Shown here in pieces: positions 11,821 through 22,880 of a DNA stretch of 64,000 nucleotides (position 1 is its first letter; each line of letters begins with the position of its first letter). The position numbers were made by a program, and so were the translations under genes. Origin of the DNA: Blepharisma stoltei ATCC 30299 (Eukaryota; Protista; Ciliophora); NCBI GenBank assembly GCA_965603825.1, contig CBFDEM010000050.1:186001-250000 (forward strand). Reading direction: 5' to 3'. A model generated the notes under the pieces. The model did no database searches, was not told the DNA's origin, and worked only from the letters and a program-made list of their open reading frames with translations.

Positions 11821-12192
11821 CTATTTCACTGTTTCTTCTTCTATATAAATTCTAAGTTGTGATTACTTTAGGGGAGTTTGCTTCACAAATTGTTGGATTT
11901 GGTCAAAGGCTAGCTGGAAATAGGAATTTTCAATAAAATTGATTCCTCTGTACTTAGGATGCATGAGCCAGATGCAGAATATTGGCTTCACTAATAAAAA
12001 TAAATAAAATCTGGATATTGATTACAAAGGCAAAAGACTGAGAACTGAAGTTTCAAAATAAGTGATTATCCCTAGCATCAGCCAATATGAGATCCAGGAT
12101 TTCTGACTTTCAGCGCTTCCTCTAAAAGATTGCGAAATAGGATATCCCAAGCATATTGCAAAGCTTAAGAGAAATAATAAAACTCTGAACAT
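11821..12192 (-). CDS. Small TB2/DP1/HVA22 (REEP/Yop1-like) membrane protein, 113 aa; introns 12011-12025 and probably 11852-11866
   Basis: Not in the track. MFRVLLFLLSFAICLGYPISQSF...KSWISYWLMLGIITYFE...FYLFLLVKPIFCIWLMHPKYRG matches the family pattern YP..S / W..YW / K..F..WL..P...G. Confidence 0.85.
11852..11866 (-). other. Probable 15-nt intron GTAATCACAACTTAG
   Basis: Perfect consensus, overlapping an in-frame TAA; splicing adds IYIEEETVK before a TAG. Confidence 0.65.
12011..12025 (-). other. 15-nt intron GTAATCAATATCCAG
   Basis: Removes an in-frame TAA in the middle of the HVA22/REEP domain. Confidence 0.88.
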
Positions 12193-12235
12193 TTTTATTT
12201 AATTTTTATTTCTTAAATAATTTAATTTACTTACA

Positions 12236-13667
12236 TTAAGTTTTAGATTCATTTTTGCTGCTATTCCTGACCTTTTTTGATTTTGGCTTTTCAGTGATTT
12301 TTATGTTTCCTTTTTTAAAAGATTTATGGAATGCTTTTGGCTTTGACTTAGAAATCAGAACTTTTGGAGGGACAATTTCAGATTTATTCTTTGTTAGTCT
12401 TGGAGACTTAGATAGCGAATAACTACTATGTGATCTTTTTAATGATTTTGGTGTTTTCGATTGCTTTGAATTTTCTTTTGTATTTGCACTTTTTGGCCTT
12501 TCTCGCTTTACTAGATTATCAATTTCTTCTAAATTAGCAATTACTTATGGCTTTATCGTAGTCTGGAGCATCTCTAAAGCTTGGGGATGGAATTTTTAAA
12601 CTTTCAAAAGTATCAAAGCTGTTTCGCATTTTGTCTTCTAAATCTGATAATGATCGATCTCTGGCTTGCACAAATGAAGAAATTGGTGAGTTTGATGGCA
12701 AAGTCATATAGTTTTTTTCATTTTGAGATTTAGGTTTTTTGCTGCTGAACTTTTTTTCCAAGCTGCTTAATTCGAAATGCAGCTTTTTCTGGTCCTTTAA
12801 GTACTTTTGCATTAGACTTTGTAATTTTTCAATAGATTTTGTTAGTTTTTCTTCAACTGATTTGCTATCAGCTTGTATATCAACAATTTTGTTGATTTTT
12901 TCTATTGAGTGAGTTGTAATTTTTTCTAATCCTTTAATTTTGCTTTCAAGATCATGATTTTTTACTTTTCCAGCATCTCCTTTAATTTCTGGGCTTTTTT
13001 TCCTAGTCCTGATTAATTCGTCAATCTCTGACACTTTTTTTTGAAGTTTTGATAGTTCATTAGTTTCGTCAGCGCTATGTCTTCTATATCCGAATTCATA
13101 TGAATTTTCATGAGTCCATTTATTGTTCAATATTTCTTCTATTCCTTTGATTTTGTTATCAACTTCTCTTAAACCGTTTGAAAAAAGCTCGAATAATTTG
13201 GCTTCTGAATTTGCCATTGCTGAATTAACCTCTTTGGCAAAAGCATCTAAATCGTTCATTTGGTTTTTAACTTTAAGCTTCATTTCTAACTCTTCTAGTC
13301 GTTTGTCAAAGTTGCTGAAGTTCTGGGTGAAGCGCTCAAGCTTTGTGAGCTTTTGATTTACATCGGGGTCATATAGTATAGATTTTTCATCTTCTTGGAT
13401 TTCACTGTAGTCTTTTTGCAGCTTTAAAAGCCGATTTGTGTTAATTAAGCGATCTTCTAAAATGTTCATTTGATTTTGAAGCTGGTCCACTCGATTTGAT
13501 AAGCCTTGAGTAAGTAATGCATTTTGAGTAGCTTTTTCAACTTGGACTTCTAAAAATGAAACATATGTTTGTCTATCTGTCATAAGATGCTGAGTGTCAG
13601 AGATCTTTGCTGATGGACTTTTATTACGCTGGCGGTATTTTTCCCAATAGTGAGTAACACTTGACAT
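12236..13667 (-). CDS. Hypothetical coiled-coil protein with basic tail, 471 aa; intron 12529-12544
   Basis: 377-aa track ORF continues after a consensus 16-nt intron in an open K/S-rich frame to TAA at 12236-12238. Confidence 0.75.
12529..12544 (-). other. 16-nt intron GTAATTGCTAATTTAG
   Basis: Consensus intron; removal extends the ORF by about 95 codons. Confidence 0.78.
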
Positions 13668-14099
13668 TTTTTAAATTCTTGCATTGAATTCGATACATGC
13701 TATTAAAAAGCTTTTTGCATTAGTAATTCTGTTATGAATTTTAAGATTTTAGAGATTGAAAAGCGTTTGCTAGATTTATTACAGATAAAAAGTGAATTGT
13801 TTTATTTCATTTTAATTTTATCATAAACCGCCTCATGAAATTTGGTTTTTTTAATGGTGAAATGCATATTAATTGGTTTTATAGAAAAAATATAAAAGAG
13901 GCATACAGTCTTGAGAGTGTTAAATATTTGCATTATCTATAATAAACAAATTAAATCTATTCATTTGCTTTGGTTGCTCTAAATTAATAGCATGAATCAG
14001 CTTTCATCATAAAGTGAATTGGCTTAGTTACACTTTTATCGCTTGGGAAATTAAATTTACATGACAATTATTTGCAAAGTCAATTAATTTAATAATTTC

Positions 14100-14276
14100 A
14101 TGGTAAAAGGAGCAAAAGATATCACAAGAAGAGCAAAGAAGCCAAAGATACCTAATCGAGAAGTTATTATCCATAGCTTTACCATCTCTGAAGACCTTAC
14201 AACAATTGATGAAATAAGGATAAAGGTCCATTCACAAGTTCTCAAGAGAAGAAGCAAAGCAGTATCCTTTAAGTAA
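14100..14276 (+). CDS. Possible small basic protein, 58 aa
   Basis: MVKGAKDITRRAKKPKIPNREVIIHSFTISEDLTTIDEIRIKVHSQVLKRRSKAVSFK*; purine-rich coding-like composition after an AT-rich leader; no homology recognised. Confidence 0.35.
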   Translation: MVKGAKDITRRAKKPKIPNREVIIHSFTISEDLTTIDEIRIKVHSQVLKRRSKAVSFK

Positions 14277-14904
14277 TGAATATTTCACTAAAATGCGCGA
14301 ATTATGCATGTTACTTCTTTAAATAATGGCGATGATTGGTTAGCGAATAACAAGTTATGTGCGTCAAGGCTTCAATTAATTATTTTTGATGGCTTCAGAT
14401 TGACTGAAAGAAATCACTATGTTTTTATAAATCGTTTCTTAAAGAAATTTATATGGTTCAATAAAGTATATTAAATAAGGGGGTATATAAGCTATATGTA
14501 ATTTTAACATGAAAATACTTAATTCTAAAACTATACAAGTATTCATCGAAATATCAGCTATGGAACTTGATACTTAATGCTATCGGCAAAGCCATATTAG
14601 TCGCCATCTTTTAAAATCTCATTATGTGTTTCAATGCATATAAATAATTGCTAATTCATATTACAAAGTGAATTATTTATTTTATGTATTGCATAATTAA
14701 TATACTTATAATGCCTGTATCAAATCAAAGTTGATTAATAGAATTTACCTCTAAATGAGTAATTTTCATTAATAAATGCATCAGCCAAATAAAATTATTC
14801 ACATTTATTCCATTTAAAGCTGTAACTTTATCATAACTAGCATTCTTAAAACCATCGTTTTTTTATCCTGTTAAAAGACCAATTCCAAATTTAAATCCAT
14901 TTTA

Positions 14905-16056
14905 ATGTCCGAGTCTTCAATCTTTGAATGCAGTCTATGCTTCAATTTCTATAACAACTCAACACGAGTTCCTCAATCTCTGCCTTGTGGCCACGTCTTT
15001 TGCAAATCCTGCATTCTCTCTTATTCCTCCATGTACCTAGCATGCCCAGTTGACAAAAGTCCTCATCCAGGAGTTGATAAGATGCCTTTATGCTTGAATA
15101 TCCTTCACAACTTACCCAAAGCAACAGCCAAAATAATTTACTGCTCAAGCCACCCAAAGCGGCAAATAAAATACAGATGCAGAATTCATAACGTTTACAT
15201 ATGCTCAGAATGTGTAATCCAGCATGCTGGATCTGGTCACGATCTTCAGCAGTTTAAAGTAAACACAGACAAAATTAAAGATGACGTAAAAAGACTATCA
15301 GAAAGTGCAAGTTTGGTCATGAGAAACTCTGAAAGAGCAATTAAAGAGATTGAAGGAGTTCATAAAAGAGTTTCAAGGTTCTATGAAAACCAAATGTATA
15401 AAGTAACTACAGCTTTTGACTCTGCGATAAAGCAGTTAATTAATAAAAAAGCGGAGTTTACAGAGACTTTGAACAAAATGCTCAAAGATCAGCTTTCAGC
15501 TATTGACGCAAAAAGAATGAAATTTAATAAAAATTTAGAAAAATCTTGTGCTTGAAGTACAAAGCTACAATCTTTAACCATAGATGCTCTGGATCAAACT
15601 TATGAACAATTTTTAAAAATTACATCAGAACTGATGAGAGAAATAAGTTCAACAACACCTGTCACGCCATGTGAATTTGACTTGAAATTTTACCTCTTCA
15701 ATGACCAAATCAGTCTAGGCGAGTTAGGCTCTTTAAATCTTATGAAAGAACCGCTATGAACTTGTTCAAAATGCAGCTTCAAAAACTCAGAAGTTTCTTC
15801 AGTCTGCCAAGTCTGTTTTTCTGCGAAGTCTTCTAAATCAATCACATCAAACAACTCAGACTCTCTTAAATCTCTTTCCAGCAGCCGCTATCAGCATCAA
15901 GAAGAATCTTCACCTACCCACAGCCCAATCCAACCTGATTTCGCTCGAAGTGTCGGGCCTCACCAAGCTCACTCTCCAGAAAAACCCAATCACAAGCCAA
16001 GAGGCAAATCGAAAGCAGCTGATCCTCAAAGCCACAAATCCAATGTAAGCTTTTAA
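14905..16056 (+). CDS. RING - B-box - coiled-coil (TRIM-like) protein with RanBP2-type zinc finger, 383 aa; TGA(Trp) at 15553 and 15757
   Basis: [23 protein letters not shown]; B-box CSSH..CRIH..CSEC..H..H; W(TGA)[19 protein letters not shown] fits W-x-C-x2-C-x3-N-x6-C-x2-C. Confidence 0.87.
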
Positions 16057-16091
16057 TTAATTCCTCTAATAGTTTCCATATTATTTCGGTT

Positions 16092-16667
16092 ATGTTCAAA
16101 AACACCTTTCAGTCAGGGTTTTTATCAATTTTATACAGCATCGGAAGCAAGCCACTACAGATCTGGGACAAGAGTGTGAGAAATGGGCACATAAAGCGTA
16201 TCACAGACCAAGATATTCAGAGTTCCGTCTTAGAAATAATGGGCACAAATGTGAGCACCACTTTCATTACGTGCCCTGCAGATCCTAACCAAACCTTAGG
16301 GATAAAGCTGCCCTTCTTAGTTATGATCATAAAAAATCTCAAAAAATATTTTACGTTCGAAGTGCAGGTGCTTGACGATAAAAACATACGAAGAAGATTT
16401 AGGGCGTCGAATTATCAGAGTACAACGAGAGTAAAACCGTTCATATGCACAATGCCGATGAGGTTAGATGAAGGATGGAACCAAATTCAGTTTAACTTGT
16501 CAGATTTCACGAGAAGAGCGTATGGGACCAACTATATTGAGACTTTAAGAGTCCAAATACATGCCAATTGCAGAATGAGAAGAATTTATTTCTCTGATAG
16601 ACTTTATTCAGAAGAGGAGCTGCCGCCAGAGTTTAAATTGTTTTTACCTCTTCAAAAACAAGCTTAA
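16092..16667 (+). CDS. CFAP20: Cilia- and flagella-associated protein 20 (BUG22)
   Basis: [25 protein letters not shown]...[18 protein letters not shown], a near-invariant CFAP20 sequence. Confidence 0.99.
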   Translation: MFKNTFQSGFLSILYSIGSKPLQIWDKSVRNGHIKRITDQDIQSSVLEIMGTNVSTTFITCPADPNQTLGIKLPFLVMIIKNLKKYFTFEVQVLDDKNIRRRFRASNYQSTTRVKPFICTMPMRLDEGWNQIQFNLSDFTRRAYGTNYIETLRVQIHANCRMRRIYFSDRLYSEEELPPEFKLFLPLQKQA

Positions 16668-16953
16668 ATATTTAATTGCTAATTTGAGTAAATTCACTTA
16701 GCCATTTTCTTTGCTTAACTTTGAAAATAAGTAATAATATCTGCCTCTTCATAATATAAAATTTATTAGAATAGTCCATCAATATATCTAACAGCCTTTA
16801 ATTAAGATTAGGATTAGAGTTAAAGGTAGGCTGCTCCACTGTTTTTATGCTGTTACCAAAAATATCTCCAGGCCTTTAAAAGATGATTACTGGATTTTTC
16901 AAGCATAATGTAATTTAATTTGAAAAGAGAGAAAATTCACCCTTGATTAAAAT

Positions 16954-18306
16954 ATGGTGTCAGTGGTAAGGGTATCGAAGTTCAGACACGTCTTCGGTGA
17001 AGAATTGCAAGAAAAATTTGAAGACCTGAGACCAAGCACTCTTTCCTCAGAAAGCACCCTAATCAAATCTAATGGGACTAATATTGTATTTCCATGGGAA
17101 TCCGGTGGTGCAGGTGTATTAGCCGTATTTGCAATGTCCGAAATAGGCCGAATTGCTCCAAGCCACCCTTTCATAAAAGGTCATGCAGGAAATATTTTAG
17201 ATTACGAATTCAATCCTTTTAATGACTTCCAATTATTAAGCTGTGGTGATGATTCGACTTTGAAGCTCTGGGATATTCCTGAAGGCGGATTAACCTCAGA
17301 TCTCACAATTCCACGAGTCACTTTACACGGCCATGGGAAAAAGGTCACTCTTCTAAATTTCCATCCTTCAGCAGCTTTTCTATGTGCTAGTGCATCATTT
17401 GACAAGTCAATTAAAGTCTGGAATATTGAAAATGGAAGCCCAGCCCTCGAAATTTCAAATATTAATGATGTGATTCTTTCTTTACAATGGAGTCCTATTG
17501 GAAGATCTATTGGATACACAACAAGGGATAAGTACGTCAGAGTGTCTGACCCAAGAACTGGGAGAAATGTGTTTGAGACCCTAGCACATGATGGCTCAAA
17601 GCCAAGCAAAATGGGCTGGATAGCAGAAGACACCATAGTAACTTGTGGTTTTTCCAAAATGAATGATAGACAAGTCTCAGTATGGGATTTAAGAAACCAC
17701 TCAGCACCAATCAAACTTGTCAACGTTGATCAAGGATCAGGAGTTTTGTACCCATTTTATGATCCTGATACCAAAATTTTGTTTGTAGCTGGAAAAGGTG
17801 ACGGGAACATTCGATATTACGAAGTAGTCGGAGATAACCAATATATGTATTACATTGAAGCTTTCAGGTCAAATGTACCTTGCAGAGGAGTTAGCTTTAT
17901 CCCAAAGAGAAAAGTCAATACAGATTCTTGCGAAATTATGAAAGCTGTAAAGCTGACCAACAACACTATTGATTTGGTAAGCTTTAAAGTCCCAAGAAGA
18001 AGCGAAACTTTCCAAGATGATATATACCCTGACTGTGTTTGTGGAGAACCTTCAATGAGTACAACTGAATGGCTTGGCGGAGCGGATCGAGAGCCAAAAA
18101 GAGCACCTATAAAGCAGATTGAGAATTCTTCTGCGCATGCTGAATTGCATATACAAGCTACTCCTCAAATGCATGCTCAGCAAGGCCATAAAAGTGTTAA
18201 TGAGTATGAAAAAGAGTTAAATGAAGCAAGAGCTCTAATCAAGAGACAGCAGCAAAGAATTGCTGAGCTGGAGGCGCAATTGGAATCGAAAACTAAATTA
18301 GAATAA
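16954..18306 (+). CDS. Coronin
   Basis: VRVSKFRHVFG, WD40 repeats, GKGDGNIRYYE, VPRRSETFQDDIYPD, C-terminal coiled coil. Confidence 0.97.
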   Translation: MVSVVRVSKFRHVFGEELQEKFEDLRPSTLSSESTLIKSNGTNIVFPWESGGAGVLAVFAMSEIGRIAPSHPFIKGHAGNILDYEFNPFNDFQLLSCGDDSTLKLWDIPEGGLTSDLTIPRVTLHGHGKKVTLLNFHPSAAFLCASASFDKSIKVWNIENGSPALEISNINDVILSLQWSPIGRSIGYTTRDKYVRVSDPRTGRNVFETLAHDGSKPSKMGWIAEDTIVTCGFSKMNDRQVSVWDLRNHSAPIKLVNVDQGSGVLYPFYDPDTKILFVAGKGDGNIRYYEVVGDNQYMYYIEAFRSNVPCRGVSFIPKRKVNTDSCEIMKAVKLTNNTIDLVSFKVPRRSETFQDDIYPDCVCGEPSMSTTEWLGGADREPKRAPIKQIENSSAHAELHIQATPQMHAQQGHKSVNEYEKELNEARALIKRQQQRIAELEAQLESKTKLE

Positions 18307-18606
18307 ATAGGATTTATGATTATGCATTAGTTTCAATTATTTCTACCAATCACCCAATCAGCAACAAAATGGCTGATCAATTTGAATTTATCTAATGGTA
18401 AAAATTTTGTCCTCAAATATAAGCTTGAATTGCTTTTTTTAATTAGCCCTTTCATAAATTGAATAAAATAAAATAAAATCGTTTCAATTTTATTTGATCA
18501 AATAGCTTCATTTTATGCGTTTCTTTAAATTTAATTTTTAGATCTTTTTAGCTTTCTAGCTGCCTTCTTTCCTATAAAAGCATATAATATTTCATAATTT
18601 TAGGAA

Positions 18607-21600
18607 ATGAAAATAACTCCTGCAGACTCAACCCTTGATATATCAAGGAACCAAAACAGAAATGACGCAATGAAAAACTTTCATTCAAGCCCCTATTCCA
18701 ATGTGTCCAAATTCAGATCGCCAGACAGCACAGGAAACCCTGAAGATGATTATTCAAACTATCAGTCTTATATTGCAGAAGAGCTCAATGAAGTCTACGC
18801 TGGAGCCCTACCAAAAGTCACCACAAACCTTATCCGAATAAGTCGACCGTTTAGACTGCGCTGGGATTTATTTATGATTCTTGTAGCCTTGTACAATACG
18901 ATCACTACCCCTTTTGTGATCGCTTTTTTCAATGCTATAGACCCGTGGTTTTTGGAGCTGAATATTGGGCTTAACTGTTTGTATTACATTGATATTGGGT
19001 TTAATTTCTTTACCACTTATATAGACTCCAAGGATGATGAAATTTTTGAGCACAAAAAAATAATTTGGCATTATCTGACAAGGCTGTTTTTTTATGATTT
19101 ACTATCAGCGCTGCCTGTTGGAGAGCTTATGATCCTTTCAGATAATGATATTTCAGAAAGAAAAAAACTCTGGCTTGCTTTAAATATGCTTAAAGTAAAT
19201 AAGATATTAACAAGGCTTGGGAGGATGCTTAGATTTGCTAGAACTAAAGATTACGTTAAAGTACTTATGAGACTTGCACAGTTGACTTTGTATTTAATGA
19301 TGTGGGTTCACCTCACTGCTTGTGTGTGGTTTTATGTGATACGAGATGATGAAGAATGGATCCCGACTCCAGACTTCTTAACGGGTATCACACATCTTTA
19401 TACTTCAGACACTGTTAAAAAGTATGTAGTTGTAATTTATCATGCTGTTTGGTTATTAGTTGGAAATGATGTTGTCCCAAGAGATGCGACGCAAGCTTGT
19501 CTTGGATCATTTTTGATTCTCATTGGAAGCATAATTACTGCAGTCCTCTTCGGAGAAATGGTCGTCCTCATGTCAAACCTGAGCAGAAAGCAAGATCAAT
19601 TTCAAGAACTTCTTGATGGAGCTATGACAACGATGAGCAGCATGAAACTCCCTGACAGACTGAAAGGCAAAATTTTAGACTATATAGCTGTAACACATAT
19701 GTCTTCAAGCTCTCAAGAAGAATACGAAACTTTCAAGAAATTTATTTCTCCATCATTGCAGCAAGAAGTATCAGCTTGCATTTATGACCCAATTATTTCA
19801 AAAAACCATGTCTTACAAAATGAAGAAAGAATGTTTTATATGCTAGTCCACAGGCTTAGCAATCGATTTACTAAGCCTGAAGATGAAATTATTACTGAAG
19901 GCGCTGAACCCGACAATATGTATTTTTTAGTTAATGGAGAAGTTCAAGTTTTTGTGACTGATAAAAATTTGAAAAAAAATTCAGTCTGCTTTTTAAGTCC
20001 TGGGGCTCAGTTTGGAGAGCTTGGCTTGATTTATAATATTCATAGAACAGCTTCAGTAATCGGCTATGGATACTGCACTGTTGCAGAACTCAGTAAGAAA
20101 AATTTCCAGTCATTAGTTCTATCATTTCCAACCCTCGAAAACAAGCTTATTAGAGCAAGCGAGGTATATGATGATCCATGGAAAAAGTTTTTATTGGATT
20201 CTCTCTCACAAGCTGAATATTTCGAAGCTTTGCCTAAACACGTTTTTAGTGAGCTTGCTTATCGCATGGAAACTCTGAAGCTTGAAAAGGGTTCTTATCT
20301 CTTTAAGCCTGGAGACATTCCAAAATACATATATATAGTTGCATTTGGAGACTTAGAAATTTCTGCGACAATTAATGAAAAGCATTTGCATTTATTAAAA
20401 GTGCATGAGAGATTCCCAGAAATTGAAAGTGATCCTAGAATTCCTAAAAAACACACAACTTTGGAAGACTATAAGCCTTACTTTTTTGATATATTCAAAG
20501 CTGAATGCTTGAAGAAAAAGGCAGAAATTGTCCCAATAACGAATCAAAAAGGCATAGTAGGCTCCATTCGGCTTGATGAAGAGCTTCCTGAACAAACTTC
20601 TTTAATAGGGGATTACCCTCAAGAAATCGTCATAGGACATGTTTCTCAAGGCGCCCTTATCTCTTCAAAATTCATACATGCAAATATCCCTTATCTTTTT
20701 CAATGCAAAGCACTAAATGCAGTAACTGTGTATGCATTGAAAATAAACATTATCAAGGAACTCTCACATAGTCATTCTGATTTTAAAGGAGAAATAAAAA
20801 TAATTAAAGAAGACATAAAAGGGAAGAAATTCCCTGAAATTGTGGATGTCACTGAGCCTGAGTCTTCAAGCTCGCAGAAAGTGAGAAGACTTTGGGTTTC
20901 AGCAATACTAAGAGTAATCAGCACTCTCAGGCAAGAACGTAGAGGGGGAGTTGCATTATTACTACAAATCACTTCAAAGCTAAAAGCCATTATAGCTTGT
21001 GAAGAGGCAAATAATTTTGATCTTGCTGAAAAAGTAGCAAGAGGCGATATCCCACCACATTATATTTTAGAAGACGGAACATTAGACCCAGCCGCAATCA
21101 ATTCCAGTATAAACTCAACATTACCTAGAAGCCACCCAATTATGCTTGCCTTTAAAGAAATCCTGGATTCGATCACTCAGCCAGGTGGGAATATTGTAAA
21201 GCAGTATAACTCGCTTGAAAAACGAATTTTACAGCAATCAAAGCTCATTCAAAGCTATGAAAAAAATCTCAATGATGTAAAATCATCACTCAGAAAAATC
21301 ATTGAAAATCTTAAAGGAAAGCCTTTAGAGTCTTACCCCAATCAACCAAGCCAGCCAAGAGGAACTAGTCAGCCTAAAGAGCATCTCGAATCAAGAGAGC
21401 CCAGAGAGCATTTCGAATTTATTGAGCCTAGAGAACCATCCCCTCTTCCTGAAACTAGTGATAGGCCAAGAAACAAAGAAATGCTGAAGCTTGATATACA
21501 AAAAGTATATATGGCCCAAGAAGCAAGACAAAAGCGAAGAGATGAAAGAAAACAAAAGAAAATGCAAATGAAAAATGATAGAGCTTCTGTCAATGAAGCT

Positions 21601-21672
21601 GTAATCAGGCCGAAGACTGAAGAAAACGATTCAAAAGATTTACTGTCTTTTATTAAAGACAGCAAAGAGTAG
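18607..21672 (+). CDS. 6-TM cyclic-nucleotide-binding-domain cation channel (KCNH/HCN/CNG superfamily) with atypical pore and a second, degenerate CNBD
   Basis: RWDLF (S1), DIGFNFFTTY, FFYDLLSALP, basic S4, pore YHAVWLLVGNDVVP, C-linker, CNBD FGELGLIYNIHRTASV. Confidence 0.9.
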   Translation: MKITPADSTLDISRNQNRNDAMKNFHSSPYSNVSKFRSPDSTGNPEDDYSNYQSYIAEELNEVYAGALPKVTTNLIRISRPFRLRWDLFMILVALYNTITTPFVIAFFNAIDPWFLELNIGLNCLYYIDIGFNFFTTYIDSKDDEIFEHKKIIWHYLTRLFFYDLLSALPVGELMILSDNDISERKKLWLALNMLKVNKILTRLGRMLRFARTKDYVKVLMRLAQLTLYLMMWVHLTACVWFYVIRDDEEWIPTPDFLTGITHLYTSDTVKKYVVVIYHAVWLLVGNDVVPRDATQACLGSFLILIGSIITAVLFGEMVVLMSNLSRKQDQFQELLDGAMTTMSSMKLPDRLKGKILDYIAVTHMSSSSQEEYETFKKFISPSLQQEVSACIYDPIISKNHVLQNEERMFYMLVHRLSNRFTKPEDEIITEGAEPDNMYFLVNGEVQVFVTDKNLKKNSVCFLSPGAQFGELGLIYNIHRTASVIGYGYCTVAELSKKNFQSLVLSFPTLENKLIRASEVYDDPWKKFLLDSLSQAEYFEALPKHVFSELAYRMETLKLEKGSYLFKPGDIPKYIYIVAFGDLEISATINEKHLHLLKVHERFPEIESDPRIPKKHTTLEDYKPYFFDIFKAECLKKKAEIVPITNQKGIVGSIRLDEELPEQTSLIGDYPQEIVIGHVSQGALISSKFIHANIPYLFQCKALNAVTVYALKINIIKELSHSHSDFKGEIKIIKEDIKGKKFPEIVDVTEPESSSSQKVRRLWVSAILRVISTLRQERRGGVALLLQITSKLKAIIACEEANNFDLAEKVARGDIPPHYILEDGTLDPAAINSSINSTLPRSHPIMLAFKEILDSITQPGGNIVKQYNSLEKRILQQSKLIQSYEKNLNDVKSSLRKIIENLKGKPLESYPNQPSQPRGTSQPKEHLESREPREHFEFIEPREPSPLPETSDRPRNKEMLKLDIQKVYMAQEARQKRRDERKQKKMQMKNDRASVNEAVIRPKTEENDSKDLLSFIKDSKE
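21370..21435 (+). repeat. About 2.4 copies of a 27-nt coding tandem repeat (QPKEHLESR/EPREHFEFI/EPRE)
   Basis: cagcctaaagagcatctcgaatcaaga / gagcccagagagcatttcgaatttatt / gagcctagagaa. Confidence 0.6.
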
Positions 21673-21902
21673 TCCCATTAGATTTCAAATTGTATAATTC
21701 GTCTAAGAATCGCTTTTAATATAAGTACATAATAAATTTCAATGGGAGATTTTCCTATTTTTTCTAAGCTTAGAACACTGAAATCTATATTTAACGGTAT
21801 AGTTGCTATTTTCTTAATAAAAACTCTTAGCTCATGTAAGCAAACATGTGCTTTCATTAGCAGCAATAAACAGCCAAATAAGGTAAAAATGGTTAGATAA
21901 TA

Positions 21903-22397
21903 ATGCTTCCAGGAATCAAAGAAGACGAAACTTCTAGTTTTGCAGATTTTACTCCCAAACTAAAACTATCACTTCGTGGGTTTGAAAGCAGTAAAAATAA
22001 CATAGGCCAGCTTAAAATAAAAGCCAAAGAATTCAAAGCTCGGAAAATTAGAGTTCCGACTTGCCTGCTTACTTATCGAAGGAAAAAGCAAAACTTAGAG
22101 ACTGAAGAAAAATTAAGAGAATTCCCCTCAATTAATAGTACAGTAAAAAAATGAATGGAAAGAAGCGCAAAACTTCCACTGCAAAATAACTTCTTTCTTG
22201 ATGAAATAGCTAAACAGAGCAGAGAATCAGGATCTAGGCATAATGCTAGTAGCAACATTTTTATGTTCACTCAGCCTGAAAAGCGACCAAAATCAATAGC
22301 AGTAACTGAACGAGCCAAAAAGAGTAAAATACATTATCAATTGAAAATATTCGAAAATAAGGCATCAATAATTAAAAGAGTAATTGCTGCTTTGTAG
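21903..22397 (+). CDS. Hypothetical basic protein, 164 aa; TGA(Trp) at 22152
   Basis: Two track ORFs in the same frame separated only by TGA; ends in TAG. Confidence 0.65.
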
Positions 22398-22443
22398 TAG
22401 GTATATAAATGTAATTCAGATTTTAATGTGAAGCTTATTTATT

Positions 22444-22797
22444 CTAATTATTTGTTTTAGAATGCTCTTTAGCAAACTCTTTTCTTACCCTTTCTTTGGA
22501 AGCTCTAGTCAAATTCTCTATATCTCTGACTAGATCTTCCCTTGCTTTTTGTTCATATTCTCACGTGCTTTCTTCAACAAAGCCAAGCTCTTGCATCGTA
22601 TGTGGAGCCATCAAGCCTTTGTCCATTCTGCAAACTAGGTAGCTTTTTGCTTCTTCTTTGCATTTTTTTGGAATCCCTAGTTCTTTATTTAAACAGATTC
22701 TATAGGCTTCAGCTTCTTCTTCACATTCTTGAAAATGATCTAGAGGGAAAGAGCCTTTATCAGGAGGTCCGGAATGTGGTGCATTTCTCTTTTTCAT
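22444..22797 (-). CDS. COX19: Cytochrome c oxidase assembly protein COX19, 117 aa if TGA 22561-22563 is Trp
   Basis: PPDKGSFPLDH, twin CX9C, YLVCRMDKGLM..LGF; frame stays open after the TGA to TAG at 22444. Confidence 0.9.
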
Positions 22798-22880
22798 TTT
22801 ATATTATAGTTCTTTACTGATCTGAATTAATTATTTCAAGAATTTACTAAAGGTCGAGACTTTTATTGTGGAATTCTAAA

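Noticed and set aside
14330-14407. Possible C/D-box snoRNA (CGATGA...CTGA)
   Set aside because: Imperfect C box, no terminal stem, no recognisable rRNA-complementary guide.
16821-16879. TTAAAGG...CCTTTAA inverted repeat resembling a piggyBac-type mini element
   Set aside because: Only 7 bp in AT-rich DNA, with no CCC/GGG termini; expected by chance.
22152-22157. TGA-ATG stop-start junction suggesting coupled translation of two genes
   Set aside because: More simply Trp-Met within a single gene under this code.
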